The notes: generated by a model not told the origin, from the sequence alone. A DNA stretch of 64,000 nucleotides from a virus (IMGVR_UViG_3300026302_000005:145301-209300); one strand, 5' to 3'. Numbered from the stretch's first letter, positions 48,563 to 57,606 are shown. Numbers and translations: made by a program.

Positions 48563-48855
48563 CCGACACCATCGCCCCGGTGCATCTCTACAAATTGGTC
48601 ACCGGTGAATCTGTGATCGGATTCTTTTTCGGTGAACATGAAGTGGGATCACTTTCAGCACGACATCACTTCGTGACCAAGCCGCGAGCGGTCAATGAAT
48701 ACTATGAACTGAACCCGTGGTTCATCGGATTGAAGGACGATCAGGAAAGCGTGATGATCCCACTGTCCGCGATCATCGCAATTGCAGAACAGGATGTGAT
48801 TGATGAAGTTCTGCTAGAGGATTACCTACTGGACATGGGACTCTCGAACGAGTGA
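48559..48855 (+). CDS. Sm-like fold protein (putative)
   Basis: LYKLVTGESVIG..P..L.PW pattern. Confidence 0.55.
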   Translation: MTDTIAPVHLYKLVTGESVIGFFFGEHEVGSLSARHHFVTKPRAVNEYYELNPWFIGLKDDQESVMIPLSAIIAIAEQDVIDEVLLEDYLLDMGLSNE

Positions 48856-48877
48856 GGGGCCCGAAGGCCCCCCGTAG

Positions 48878-48997
48878 TCATGCACTCGGCTTGATCCAAC
48901 CCTTTGCGGATTCCCAAACCCAGGTGGCCCAGAACGGTGCTGGGATGTTCCAGCCGATCAGGGCACCAACGCCGATCCAAAAAACTGTGTCTGTCAT
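48878..48997 (-). CDS. Small membrane protein (39 aa, not in ORF track)
   Basis: MTDTVFWIGVGALIGWNIPAPFWATWVWESAKGWIKPSA; own TAAATA (49032-49037) and AGGAG SD. Confidence 0.7.
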   Translation of the reverse strand: MTDTVFWIGVGALIGWNIPAPFWATWVWESAKGWIKPSA

Positions 48998-49101
48998 GTT
49001 TTTACTCTCCTGACCGAAACCCGGTCATTCGTATTTACGTCCATTGACGAGACCCGGAAACCTAAATATTAGCATGACCACATGAATGTGAGGAAACCAT
49101 C

Positions 49102-49524
49102 ATGGCAACTGGATTTGTAACAACCGCTCGGGGCGACAACCTGAACCTGGATGAACTGATTGCACGTGCAAAACGTCCAATCGGCCTCAAGGATGCAGCA
49201 TCGACACGTGCGACCCCCAACTACACCCCATCGCAAACCAACACTCCCCGGATTCGCGGATTTGTTCCTGCGGCTGGTTCCCCCCGTGATGGGGACCCTC
49301 ATTTTGATGAGACCTTCGTGCCATCGGTTCCCAAAGATGACCCCATTGTGTCCAGTTTTGCCACCGATGGTGTAGCTGGGTCGATGGCCGATCTGACCGG
49401 CGTTCGTGTCTCCAAGACGTCCCGAGTCGCAAAGATCAAAGCGCCCGAGAATGCTGCTGTGGAAGAGGATACGGACGAATCCCTCGGGGACCTTATGACC
49501 AAGCTGGAAGGCAATAAGGACTGA
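49102..49524 (+). CDS. Hypothetical late protein
   Basis: TAAATA 49063; GAGGA SD. Confidence 0.75.
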   Translation: MATGFVTTARGDNLNLDELIARAKRPIGLKDAASTRATPNYTPSQTNTPRIRGFVPAAGSPRDGDPHFDETFVPSVPKDDPIVSSFATDGVAGSMADLTGVRVSKTSRVAKIKAPENAAVEEDTDESLGDLMTKLEGNKD

Positions 49525-49590
49525 TTTAGTTCTTGACGAATCGTCGGCTTCCGGGTATATTGTTCAAGTCAGATGCACCCGGAGCCGATC

Positions 49591-51336
49591 ATGTCAAAAC
49601 TTGCCGCCCTTCGTGCCGCCGCCGCTCACCAGGAAATCGATCCCACCATCGAAGTCCCGACCGCGACGAATGATCGTGTTGCCCTCGTGGGTCGCACTGG
49701 TCTGAAAACGGCCAACGAATTCCAAATCGACATCTTTTCGCATTTCAACGACCAACTCGTTGCTTATGCCGAAGGTCGTCCCACCAGTGGTGCCGCCGTT
49801 GAAGCCGTTGCTGGCTCCGGCAAGACCACCACCATCGTGGCTGCTGCCAACCTGATCCCCCGTCATTTCTCGGCCATCTTCCTGGCTTTCAACAAGTCGA
49901 TTGCCGAAGAACTGGGCGAGCGTCTTCCCAAGCACGTCGAATCGAAGACCCTGAACAGCCTGGGCTTCCGTTATGTGCGTCCGTATCTGAACGGCCTGGG
50001 TCTTCCCAACGTGACCCTGAACAGCAACCGCACCCGTGCTCTGGCCCGCAAGGAACTGTCGTTCGAAGAGAACGACAAATTCGGCAAGGACGTGGTGTTC
50101 CTGGTCAACATGTGCAAATCCCTCGGTGTGGCTCCGCTCGGTGCCAAGGATGCCGCTGGCGTCAATGGTCTGACCTGCACCGACGACGTTCTGGACATGA
50201 TCAGCATGCACCATGCCCGCATGGTTGACGTGGTGATCCGCCCCACCGTCTATGCCAAAGTCCGCAGCATCCTGTCGATGTCGTTCGACGATGCCACCAT
50301 ATACTCGACCAACATGATCGACTATGACGATCAGAAGTGGCTGACCGTTTGCAAGCGTCCCTTCGGTCGTCCGATGGCAAAGCCCACCTATGACGTGGTG
50401 ATCATCGATGAGGTCCAGGACGTCAACTCGGTGGACATCGAGATGATCAAGATGGTTCTCAAGCCGAACGGCATCGTGATCGGCGTGGGCGACAGCAAGC
50501 AGGCCATCTATGGCTTCCGTGGTGCTGACACGCTGGCCTTCCAGGCGTTTGCGTCGGCCTTCAACGCCAAGACCCTGCCGCTGTCGATCACCTACCGCTG
50601 TGGCACGAAGATCGTTGCCCACGCTCAGGAACTGGTTCCCGCGATCCAGGCCGCTCCTGGTGCCCACGAGGGTGAGGTTGCCCAGTTCGACAGCTATGAC
50701 GCTACCCTGTTCCAGGCCAAGGACATGGTTCTGTGCCGGAACAACTCTCCACTGATCAGCTTCGCCTACAAACTGATCCAGGCTGGTGTTCCGGTGTTCG
50801 TCAAGGGTCGCGATATCGGTGCCAACCTGGTGCGGATCATCGAGCAGTGTGTGGCTGAGAAAATCTGGGTTCCGAACCCGAAAATCCCGGGCAAGAAAAT
50901 GCCGGAATTCTCCGTGGCCAACGCCTCGGTGGTCAACCTGATCCGTGAACTGAACAAGTGGAGAGCCGCCCAGGTCGAGATGATCCGTGCGGAAGACCCC
51001 GACAATGAGGCTGGCGTTCAGCGGGTCGAAGACCAATTCAACTCCGTGATGGTTTTCGCCCTGACCAACACCGATGGCCGCGTCTCCACCATGGTCACCG
51101 AGATCGAATCGATGTTCTCGGACGAGGCTCGTGAAGATGCTGTGGTTTGTGCCACCATCCACAAGTCCAAGGGTCTGGAAGCTGATCGTGTGTTCATGAC
51201 CAATCCGGAATGCATGTATCCGTTCTTCGTTCAGCCCGGGACCTGGCAGTATGCCCAGGAGATCAACCTGGACTATGTGGCCCGCACCCGTGCCAAGCAT
51301 CTGTTCGGCTACCTCAAGAAGGATGGGTGGAAGTAA
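49591..51336 (+). CDS. UvrD/Rep-like SF1 helicase
   Basis: AVAGSGKTT, LAFNK, IDEVQD, VGDSKQAIYGFRGA, TYRC, TIHKSKGLE, YVARTRAK; promoter TTGACG-17-TATATT. Confidence 0.93.
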   Translation: MSKLAALRAAAAHQEIDPTIEVPTATNDRVALVGRTGLKTANEFQIDIFSHFNDQLVAYAEGRPTSGAAVEAVAGSGKTTTIVAAANLIPRHFSAIFLAFNKSIAEELGERLPKHVESKTLNSLGFRYVRPYLNGLGLPNVTLNSNRTRALARKELSFEENDKFGKDVVFLVNMCKSLGVAPLGAKDAAGVNGLTCTDDVLDMISMHHARMVDVVIRPTVYAKVRSILSMSFDDATIYSTNMIDYDDQKWLTVCKRPFGRPMAKPTYDVVIIDEVQDVNSVDIEMIKMVLKPNGIVIGVGDSKQAIYGFRGADTLAFQAFASAFNAKTLPLSITYRCGTKIVAHAQELVPAIQAAPGAHEGEVAQFDSYDATLFQAKDMVLCRNNSPLISFAYKLIQAGVPVFVKGRDIGANLVRIIEQCVAEKIWVPNPKIPGKKMPEFSVANASVVNLIRELNKWRAAQVEMIRAEDPDNEAGVQRVEDQFNSVMVFALTNTDGRVSTMVTEIESMFSDEAREDAVVCATIHKSKGLEADRVFMTNPECMYPFFVQPGTWQYAQEINLDYVARTRAKHLFGYLKKDGWK

Positions 51337-51465
51337 TAGCTCGATGGTGCGTCTGACAACCACATCGATCTAGGGCGGGGGAGAAATCCTCCGCCTTCTC
51401 CTTGATTAGTCCCGGTGGCATCCCTAACTATGCTGTGTAATAGGTCGTCACACGGAGATACCGCT

Positions 51466-51630
51466 TTGATCCAGATCACAGATTTTGAAGAACTGCGTAG
51501 AGTCCTGTATGCTCAAAATGCTGATACCAGCGTAGAAGAGTTGGTCACGGCCATCGCTCATCTGGTTCTGCTATCCCAGATGGATACCAGCATTGTTATG
51601 CAGGCTCAACAGGTCGTGGGTGGGAATTGA
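51466..51630 (+). CDS. Hypothetical protein
   Basis: GGAG SD, TTG start. Confidence 0.55.
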   Translation: MIQITDFEELRRVLYAQNADTSVEELVTAIAHLVLLSQMDTSIVMQAQQVVGGN

Positions 51631-51923
51631 TGGATCGCCCCCGTCCTGATACCGGTTCTGGTGAGAGGGTTGATCCTCTGGCAGATCGCCCCCGTCCTGA
51701 TACTGGCTCCATCTCCACCCCAATAACATCTGGGTGGAGATGGGTGGCGATCTGCATCCTGGTCGGCCTATTGGTCACCATCCTGGGGGCCGAGCGGGTT
51801 GAGCCACAGACACTCCCAAGCTGCATGTCTCGGGCTGATATCGAAGATGCGGTAGAAACCGCAATCAAAAATGGGTCGTTCCGATACAACGGGATCACCT
51901 ACATCATCACGAAAGGCAACTGA
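51630..51923 (+). CDS. Membrane protein with duplicated DRPRPDTGS
   Basis: One TM helix (WVAICILVGLLVTILG); 20-nt direct repeat at 51633 and 51684. Confidence 0.65.
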   Translation: MDRPRPDTGSGERVDPLADRPRPDTGSISTPITSGWRWVAICILVGLLVTILGAERVEPQTLPSCMSRADIEDAVETAIKNGSFRYNGITYIITKGN

Positions 51924-51924
51924 A

Positions 51925-52359
51925 ATGGCTGAGACAATGATCGGGATTCGTCCCTTGCATTCCCGTATCCTCGTTGGTATCTATGATGACGGGGATACCG
52001 TCATGATGTTGGGTGGCAAGAAATTCTTCCTCCTGGATGACTCGTCGGCTGACAAGAAGCGAGACATCCACACGAAGCATCAGGGGGTTCGCCCGCGATG
52101 GGCTATTGTCCTGGCCGTGTCCGATGACGTTTTGAAAAACGATACATTGGTGAAGGTTGGCAGCAAGGTCCTGCTGGATCAACTGAAATGGTCTCGTGGT
52201 GTGTCTGTTGACATTCATGGTGACCGAACCAAAGTCTGGTCTATACCGGTGGAAGATGTTCTGTTGGTGGGCGACGGCGAAGCCTTTACGGATATGGAAC
52301 GGGAACAGATCACGAGGCTTTACAAGGGATGGGAAGCGTGGGAACCACAGACGGTCTAA
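51925..52359 (+). CDS. GroES-like co-chaperonin
   Basis: IRPLHSRILV..GG..VLAV..VKVG.KVL..EDVL. Confidence 0.75.
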   Translation: MAETMIGIRPLHSRILVGIYDDGDTVMMLGGKKFFLLDDSSADKKRDIHTKHQGVRPRWAIVLAVSDDVLKNDTLVKVGSKVLLDQLKWSRGVSVDIHGDRTKVWSIPVEDVLLVGDGEAFTDMEREQITRLYKGWEAWEPQTV

Positions 52360-52676
52360 CGGAGCGAGCCACGGTCGAGGATGAACGGGCATACAGCAAG
52401 CTGCTGGAGCTTCTTCTGGAACAGCGGCTCGAACCGATGCTGGACCATGCTCTGACACGAGTCGAACAACGACTGGACGGCAATTTCATACGACTGGATA
52501 GCCGGGTGATAGATGTGGAGTCCCGTCTTACACCTCTGGTGGCAAGGTTCAATGGTTGGAACACCCAGCACATCGATATGCTATTGGAAAGGCTTGTCAA
52601 TAGGATCGAAACGCTGGAACGAGCCCTGGGCCCAGAGAAAATGGCCGAATTGGAAGCAGAAGGTAAACCGTTCTGA
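52329..52676 (+). CDS. Hypothetical coiled-coil protein
   Basis: 115 aa. Confidence 0.65.
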   Translation: MGSVGTTDGLTERATVEDERAYSKLLELLLEQRLEPMLDHALTRVEQRLDGNFIRLDSRVIDVESRLTPLVARFNGWNTQHIDMLLERLVNRIETLERALGPEKMAELEAEGKPF

Positions 52677-53095
52677 TGAGTGATACAGACAGGATATCCG
52701 AGTTGGAGCAAAAAGTCGAGCAGCTACAGGCTATGCTCGATCTGTTCGAATTGGATCGCTCCTGGCAAATCGACCGAACAGTAGAAGCACGACTACACGA
52801 TGAATATCAGCGTGGTAGGCGCGATGGTGGATCGTCCCGGCCCGGTATGATAGTCGATGATATGGTTCGTGATGTAAAGACCAGGCTTGAAGCAATGCTT
52901 CCGGAAGTGATTCAACAATCCATTCCAGATGCTATCCATGAGATTGTTGGCAACCCAGCCAAATACTTCCGGCCAACTGTTTCGGTTTATGTTGACCCTG
53001 AGGACAATTTCAATACACATCGGATTCAAACCGTGATAGACTTTCCCGCAACTCGCATCCAATCAACGATGGCGATAAATTCTGAGGTCCTATAA
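52676..53095 (+). CDS. Hypothetical protein
   Basis: 139 aa, coupled to neighbours. Confidence 0.7.
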   Translation: MSDTDRISELEQKVEQLQAMLDLFELDRSWQIDRTVEARLHDEYQRGRRDGGSSRPGMIVDDMVRDVKTRLEAMLPEVIQQSIPDAIHEIVGNPAKYFRPTVSVYVDPEDNFNTHRIQTVIDFPATRIQSTMAINSEVL

Positions 53096-53628
53096 TGCTG
53101 TGGGCTGATATAACCGGATACGAGAATAGGTATCAAGTCTCATCTACAGGTTTGGTTCGGAGTCTTCCCAGGGCTACTATGCGTGGAAATAGACCATGGC
53201 ATTATGCGGGTAAGCTGTTAACCCCTGGGCTAACACCAAAGGGATATCTCACCGTATCGCTTTCAGCTAATAGTGATGCTCGATCCCACTTTGTCCATCG
53301 CCTTGTAGCTCAAGCATTTCTAGCGAATCCGGGGATGCTAGGAGCGGTGAACCACAAAAATGGAGATAAAATCGACAATCAGGTAGCCAATCTTGAATGG
53401 GTTTCTGAGGCTGGGAATAAGTTACATGCGGCCAGTATGGGATTGATGTCTCGGGGAGAAGATCATTTCCATACCACCTTGACGGAGGCAGACGTGATAG
53501 ACATATATCATCGTGCTCATGCCGGAGAGCGCCAACAGGATGTTGCTGATGATTACGGTATTGTCGCAGCGACAGTATCACAAATCAAGACTGGTAAAAA
53601 CTGGTCTTGGCTAACTAAGGGAGTATGA
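53095..53628 (+). mobile_element. NUMOD4-HNH homing endonuclease with C-terminal HTH
   Basis: W.DI.GYE.RYQVS..G.VRS; VHRLVA.AF..VNHKNGDK.DN...NLEW. Confidence 0.9.
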
Positions 53629-53631
53629 CAG

Positions 53632-54546
53632 ATTCTGTGGTATGAAAAATATCGGCCCAAAACACTGGATGATTATGTCTGGACCGATGATACAACCAAG
53701 GACCTCTTGGAGAAATGGATTGCTGATCCGGTTGCATATCCGCATTTGATTTTGGCTGGATCAACCGGAACCGGCAAGACAACCCTGGCCAAGATCATTC
53801 GTAGCCTTGTCGGCACGGACAATCGGTTCATCCCGGCCAGCCTGCGATCCGGGGTCGAAACGATTCGGAGTGAGATCGTCGGGTTCTGTGAATCCGGTGG
53901 CTTCGATGGGGTCAAGATCATCATCATGGATGAAGCAGATCGCCTGTCTCAGGATGCCCAAGAGATGTTGCGGAACGTCTTGGATATGTATTCCGAGGAT
54001 GTCAGGTTCATCTTCACCTGCAACAAGCCCGAGAGGATCATCGATCCGATCCGGGGGCGGATGTGGGTGGTTCAGATCAATCAACTCGACCAGGATCAAT
54101 TCACCAACCGGTTGTTGGACATTGCCGTGGCCGAGGGTGTGGATATGGAGCAGGAGGCCACACAGGACCGTCTGTTGGTCATTGTCGATCAATACTACCC
54201 CAACCTACGTGCAGCCATCAGTGAGCTTCAACGTTCGGTTCATGGGGCCACGCTGGTAACGGTCGAGGATACCGGTGTATCTTTCGACTGGGATCAGGAA
54301 TTGATGGAACAGTTTGGCACAAAACCATCCGTGCATCAAATACGGACTTTGGTGGCTACGATGAAACCTGATGACCATGAACAGGTCTATCGAAGTCTGT
54401 ATGAGAACTCCCAGATTTGGGGAGACAACGAAGGGGATGCAGTGGTGCTGATCGCGGAACATCTATATCGACATTCGCAGGCCGGGTTGACCGACATCAC
54501 CCTGTGCTCGTGTTTGATCAAACTTCATGAATTGATTCCAGCATGA
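53632..54546 (+). CDS. Clamp loader AAA+ subunit (gp44/RFC-like); start codon anomalous
   Basis: LWYEKYRPKTLDDY N-terminus (in frame, upstream of the ORF-track start), GSTGTGKTT, MDEADRLS..AQ..LR, FIFTCN. Confidence 0.9.
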   Translation: MLWYEKYRPKTLDDYVWTDDTTKDLLEKWIADPVAYPHLILAGSTGTGKTTLAKIIRSLVGTDNRFIPASLRSGVETIRSEIVGFCESGGFDGVKIIIMDEADRLSQDAQEMLRNVLDMYSEDVRFIFTCNKPERIIDPIRGRMWVVQINQLDQDQFTNRLLDIAVAEGVDMEQEATQDRLLVIVDQYYPNLRAAISELQRSVHGATLVTVEDTGVSFDWDQELMEQFGTKPSVHQIRTLVATMKPDDHEQVYRSLYENSQIWGDNEGDAVVLIAEHLYRHSQAGLTDITLCSCLIKLHELIPA

Positions 54547-54728
54547 CAGTTCAGAAAGGGACCAGGAATATCCGCAATCGCCTGACCGAAGAAGACGTAA
54601 TGGCGATTTACAATTCCCAGGATGTCAGTCAGGCTGAATTGGGAAAACGGTATGGTGTGAGCCAAAGCACCATCAATCATATCATCAAAGGCCGCACCTG
54701 GCAGTGGCTGACCAAACATGGAGATTGA
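54543..54728 (+). CDS. Small HTH protein
   Basis: LTEEDV..SQAELGKRYGVSQSTINHI..G.TW. Confidence 0.8.
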   Translation: MTVQKGTRNIRNRLTEEDVMAIYNSQDVSQAELGKRYGVSQSTINHIIKGRTWQWLTKHGD

Positions 54729-54733
54729 CCATT

Positions 54734-54925
54734 ATGAGTGACTCCCTACATCCTTCTCACAAGACCCGTATTTCCATGGATGCATCATCCTGGGATGAAA
54801 TCTGTATCTTCTGTGGCTACACAGATCGCCTGGGAAGCTGGGGAAAGCTGGCCGAGCCATGCACGAATGTTCCGACTGGACCAAACCCTGATCTGAGCGA
54901 TCCAAAAGTCGCTCCATGGGTGTGA
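54734..54925 (+). CDS. Hypothetical protein
   Basis: GGAG SD; CxxC. Confidence 0.6.
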   Translation: MSDSLHPSHKTRISMDASSWDEICIFCGYTDRLGSWGKLAEPCTNVPTGPNPDLSDPKVAPWV

Positions 54926-54981
54926 AAAAAGTTCTATTCGTCACTTGAACTCGAAAAGACTATACCCATCTATCCCAACAC

Positions 54982-55665
54982 ATGTCAACACAGGAAACCA
55001 ACATGACAACCAAATCCAAAACCAATACCGCCATCCCCCATGGTGAATTCGGACGATCTCTTCTGAGACATCGAGTCATGGCATCGTCAGCCCGTCCTGA
55101 TGATCCGCAATTGGAAAAACTGGTTCATGACGGAAAAGGTGAAACTCTGTTGGAAATGGCCCCAGTTCTGGGCTTCGATCTGCCCTCCGGTCAGGAGCTT
55201 GGTTTCTATCGCATGGCCAAGGATGCCGGGGTCGATAAAGGTTCCGTCCTCAAAGTGGTCAATGATATGGCTCGGAAAAACGGTCTCGGTGGTCTGGGTA
55301 TGAAAACGCTACCCGAACGAAGCTTTATGACTCTGGATAAGGCCATTTCCCGTGCAGCGGAAAACGTAAGAAAGGCCGCTGTCAAACGGGCAACTCTTGA
55401 AAAGGAAGAACGAGCCCGGGTGATGCAACTTTCCATGACGTTGGAAGCGCCCACGGCGGTTCAGGTGGATACCCAGGCGGAAGTCCAGATGCACCCCATC
55501 ACACCGTTGGATCGGATTGACGAAGCCACACTGGTAGAACGTGTTCTTCGGGATACGGCAAACGTTGCCACCATGGGTCTCCGGACTCTACCAATGGGCA
55601 GCACAGTCCGGATTGTGGTCGAGACCAGTGGTATTTCCACATCGTTTGAACAGCGATTGGTGTAA
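54982..55665 (+). CDS. Hypothetical protein
   Basis: 227 aa; an alternative start at 55003 follows an AGGA SD. Confidence 0.7.
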   Translation: MSTQETNMTTKSKTNTAIPHGEFGRSLLRHRVMASSARPDDPQLEKLVHDGKGETLLEMAPVLGFDLPSGQELGFYRMAKDAGVDKGSVLKVVNDMARKNGLGGLGMKTLPERSFMTLDKAISRAAENVRKAAVKRATLEKEERARVMQLSMTLEAPTAVQVDTQAEVQMHPITPLDRIDEATLVERVLRDTANVATMGLRTLPMGSTVRIVVETSGISTSFEQRLV

Positions 55666-55671
55666 TACGAA

Positions 55672-56055
55672 ATGGCCACACAATTCACCATCCGAGCAGT
55701 CCCCGAGTTTGACAGTGACGGATACTGCGTGAAGTGTGGCCATGTAGGCATTCTGGCACCCGGCATCGACATGTTCTGTGATCGATGTCCATCACCGCTT
55801 CTGATGGGGTTGAACAACTTCATCGATCCGGAGGCCACCAAGCTCAGTGATCTGGCAGATGCATTCTTCAAGACTGCCCACGACAAGATGCTCAAAGCTC
55901 TTCGAGAGAAGGGTCGTCGAGGTTGGGACAATCCGGACTGGACAATTGAAGACATCAAGCAGGCCATGATCGAGCATATGGAAAAAGGCGATCCGGTCGA
56001 TCTGGCTGTGTATGCAGCCTTTTGGTGGCATCGGCTGAATCTCCCAGGGGAATGA
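55672..56055 (+). CDS. Hypothetical protein (Zn ribbon plus helical KGR.GW..H.EKGDPVD.A domain)
   Basis: CxxC..CxxC followed by a helical motif common in phage proteins. Confidence 0.7.
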   Translation: MATQFTIRAVPEFDSDGYCVKCGHVGILAPGIDMFCDRCPSPLLMGLNNFIDPEATKLSDLADAFFKTAHDKMLKALREKGRRGWDNPDWTIEDIKQAMIEHMEKGDPVDLAVYAAFWWHRLNLPGE

Positions 56056-56127
56056 TCCATAGGGTGATTCCCTAACTACACTCGGTTGTGGGTGTTTTTC
56101 GTAAATATGGACAGGGAGATGTTCCAT

Positions 56128-57606
56128 ATGAGCGAATTTCGAAAACTTGTCAAAGAGGCGATGTCAGCCACCCCGGTGACACAACCTGTTGCGCCGACTT
56201 ACCCTGAGTGGTCGTTGGCTCATGCGATGGTCAACCATGCCATCATCGAAACCGCAATTCCCATTGAACATCCCACATTAGGACGCGGTGTGGTTGTGGA
56301 GTCATCTCCAACATCAGCCACTGTTCGGTGGGATAGACTGGGCTCGTGGGTCAAAAGTCCAAAACAGATCGCTTTATCTGAGGCTTCATCGATCATTGTT
56401 CTGGGCTCTCCTAAATACTCACACAAGAACGGGTTGTCCGAGGGAACCAATATGAAAAAGATCGATATGACCGGTGCGGAATACCTGGCTCTCATGGAGT
56501 CCGATGGAGCATTCGCTGCTCCGGCTCCGAGCCAAACCATCCTGACCAAGCAAAGCAACTTCAAGAGCGATGCTGCGGCCAAACCGCTGAGCAGCCTGGA
56601 TGGGGACGGCGGTGCCAATCCTGAACCTCGCGAAGAGGGTGGTTCGCCCTCCGACTCACCGAAGACCCCACCGGTAGCATCCATGGATGACCCATCGCGG
56701 AAGGCTCGTATTGGAAGCGGTGCTGCTGGTGCCCCCAATCGGAACTCCAACAGTTCCAGCAAGCCTTCGGGCGACAGCAAGTCTGCAAGTGGCGACAGCA
56801 AGCCTTCGGGCGATTCCAAGAAATCCAGCGGTAAGCCCTGGGAAAAGGCCGATAAAGGCGAAGACAAAGATACCGACAGTGAGGATTCGGAAATGAAAAA
56901 GAAGAATGAGTCGTTCACATTTGAGGACGCCGATATGGAAGGCATCATGGGTGGTGGAGACATGGGCGGGGATATGACCATGGAACACGATATGGGCGCT
57001 GGTGAGATTGCCGTGACCAAAGCATTCCTGGTGAAGCTCCTACAGGGCGTTGTTGCTGCCAGCCTTTCGGATGAGCACTTCGACACCATTGCAGACGCCA
57101 TCGCGGATTGCTGTGCAGAAGATCGCACCCTCGATGTAGCCGACATTGGCGAAGTCATGTCCACCCTCAAGGGTATGGCCGGTGGTCAGCAGGGCGGTCA
57201 ACAGGACGGCCAGCAGGGTGACCAGATGGACGGTGACCAGGATGACCAGTTCGATGATGGCCAGCAGGGTGATCAGGACGAAGAGCCGCTGTTCGGTGAT
57301 GACGACCTGGACGAATGCGACGACGAGAAGACCATGGAAGGCAAACTCCCGGATGCTCTCAAGAAGCACATGAAGGGTAAGGCCAAGGTTGGCCAGCAGG
57401 ATGACGACAAGGAAGAGGTCAAGGAATCTCGCCGTGCCGTTCGCAAGCCCGCTGGAAAAGCTGCACCGGCTCGCAAGAAGCTGGATGAGGCATGGATGGG
57501 AACTATCCCGGGTATGTCCAATGGCAGCAAGACCAAGCGTCTCGCCACGATGTCTGACGAAGACTTCGAGATCGCCGAACTCAAGCGTCTGTCCGGTATG
57601 CGCTAA
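56128..57606 (+). CDS. Acidic low-complexity late protein, probable head core/scaffold
   Basis: TAAATA 56102 plus GGAG; internal TAAATA 56412 plus ATG 56452; LVKE, LMES, LDEA motifs; ends ELKRLSGMR. Confidence 0.7.
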   Translation: MSEFRKLVKEAMSATPVTQPVAPTYPEWSLAHAMVNHAIIETAIPIEHPTLGRGVVVESSPTSATVRWDRLGSWVKSPKQIALSEASSIIVLGSPKYSHKNGLSEGTNMKKIDMTGAEYLALMESDGAFAAPAPSQTILTKQSNFKSDAAAKPLSSLDGDGGANPEPREEGGSPSDSPKTPPVASMDDPSRKARIGSGAAGAPNRNSNSSSKPSGDSKSASGDSKPSGDSKKSSGKPWEKADKGEDKDTDSEDSEMKKKNESFTFEDADMEGIMGGGDMGGDMTMEHDMGAGEIAVTKAFLVKLLQGVVAASLSDEHFDTIADAIADCCAEDRTLDVADIGEVMSTLKGMAGGQQGGQQDGQQGDQMDGDQDDQFDDGQQGDQDEEPLFGDDDLDECDDEKTMEGKLPDALKKHMKGKAKVGQQDDDKEEVKESRRAVRKPAGKAAPARKKLDEAWMGTIPGMSNGSKTKRLATMSDEDFEIAELKRLSGMR

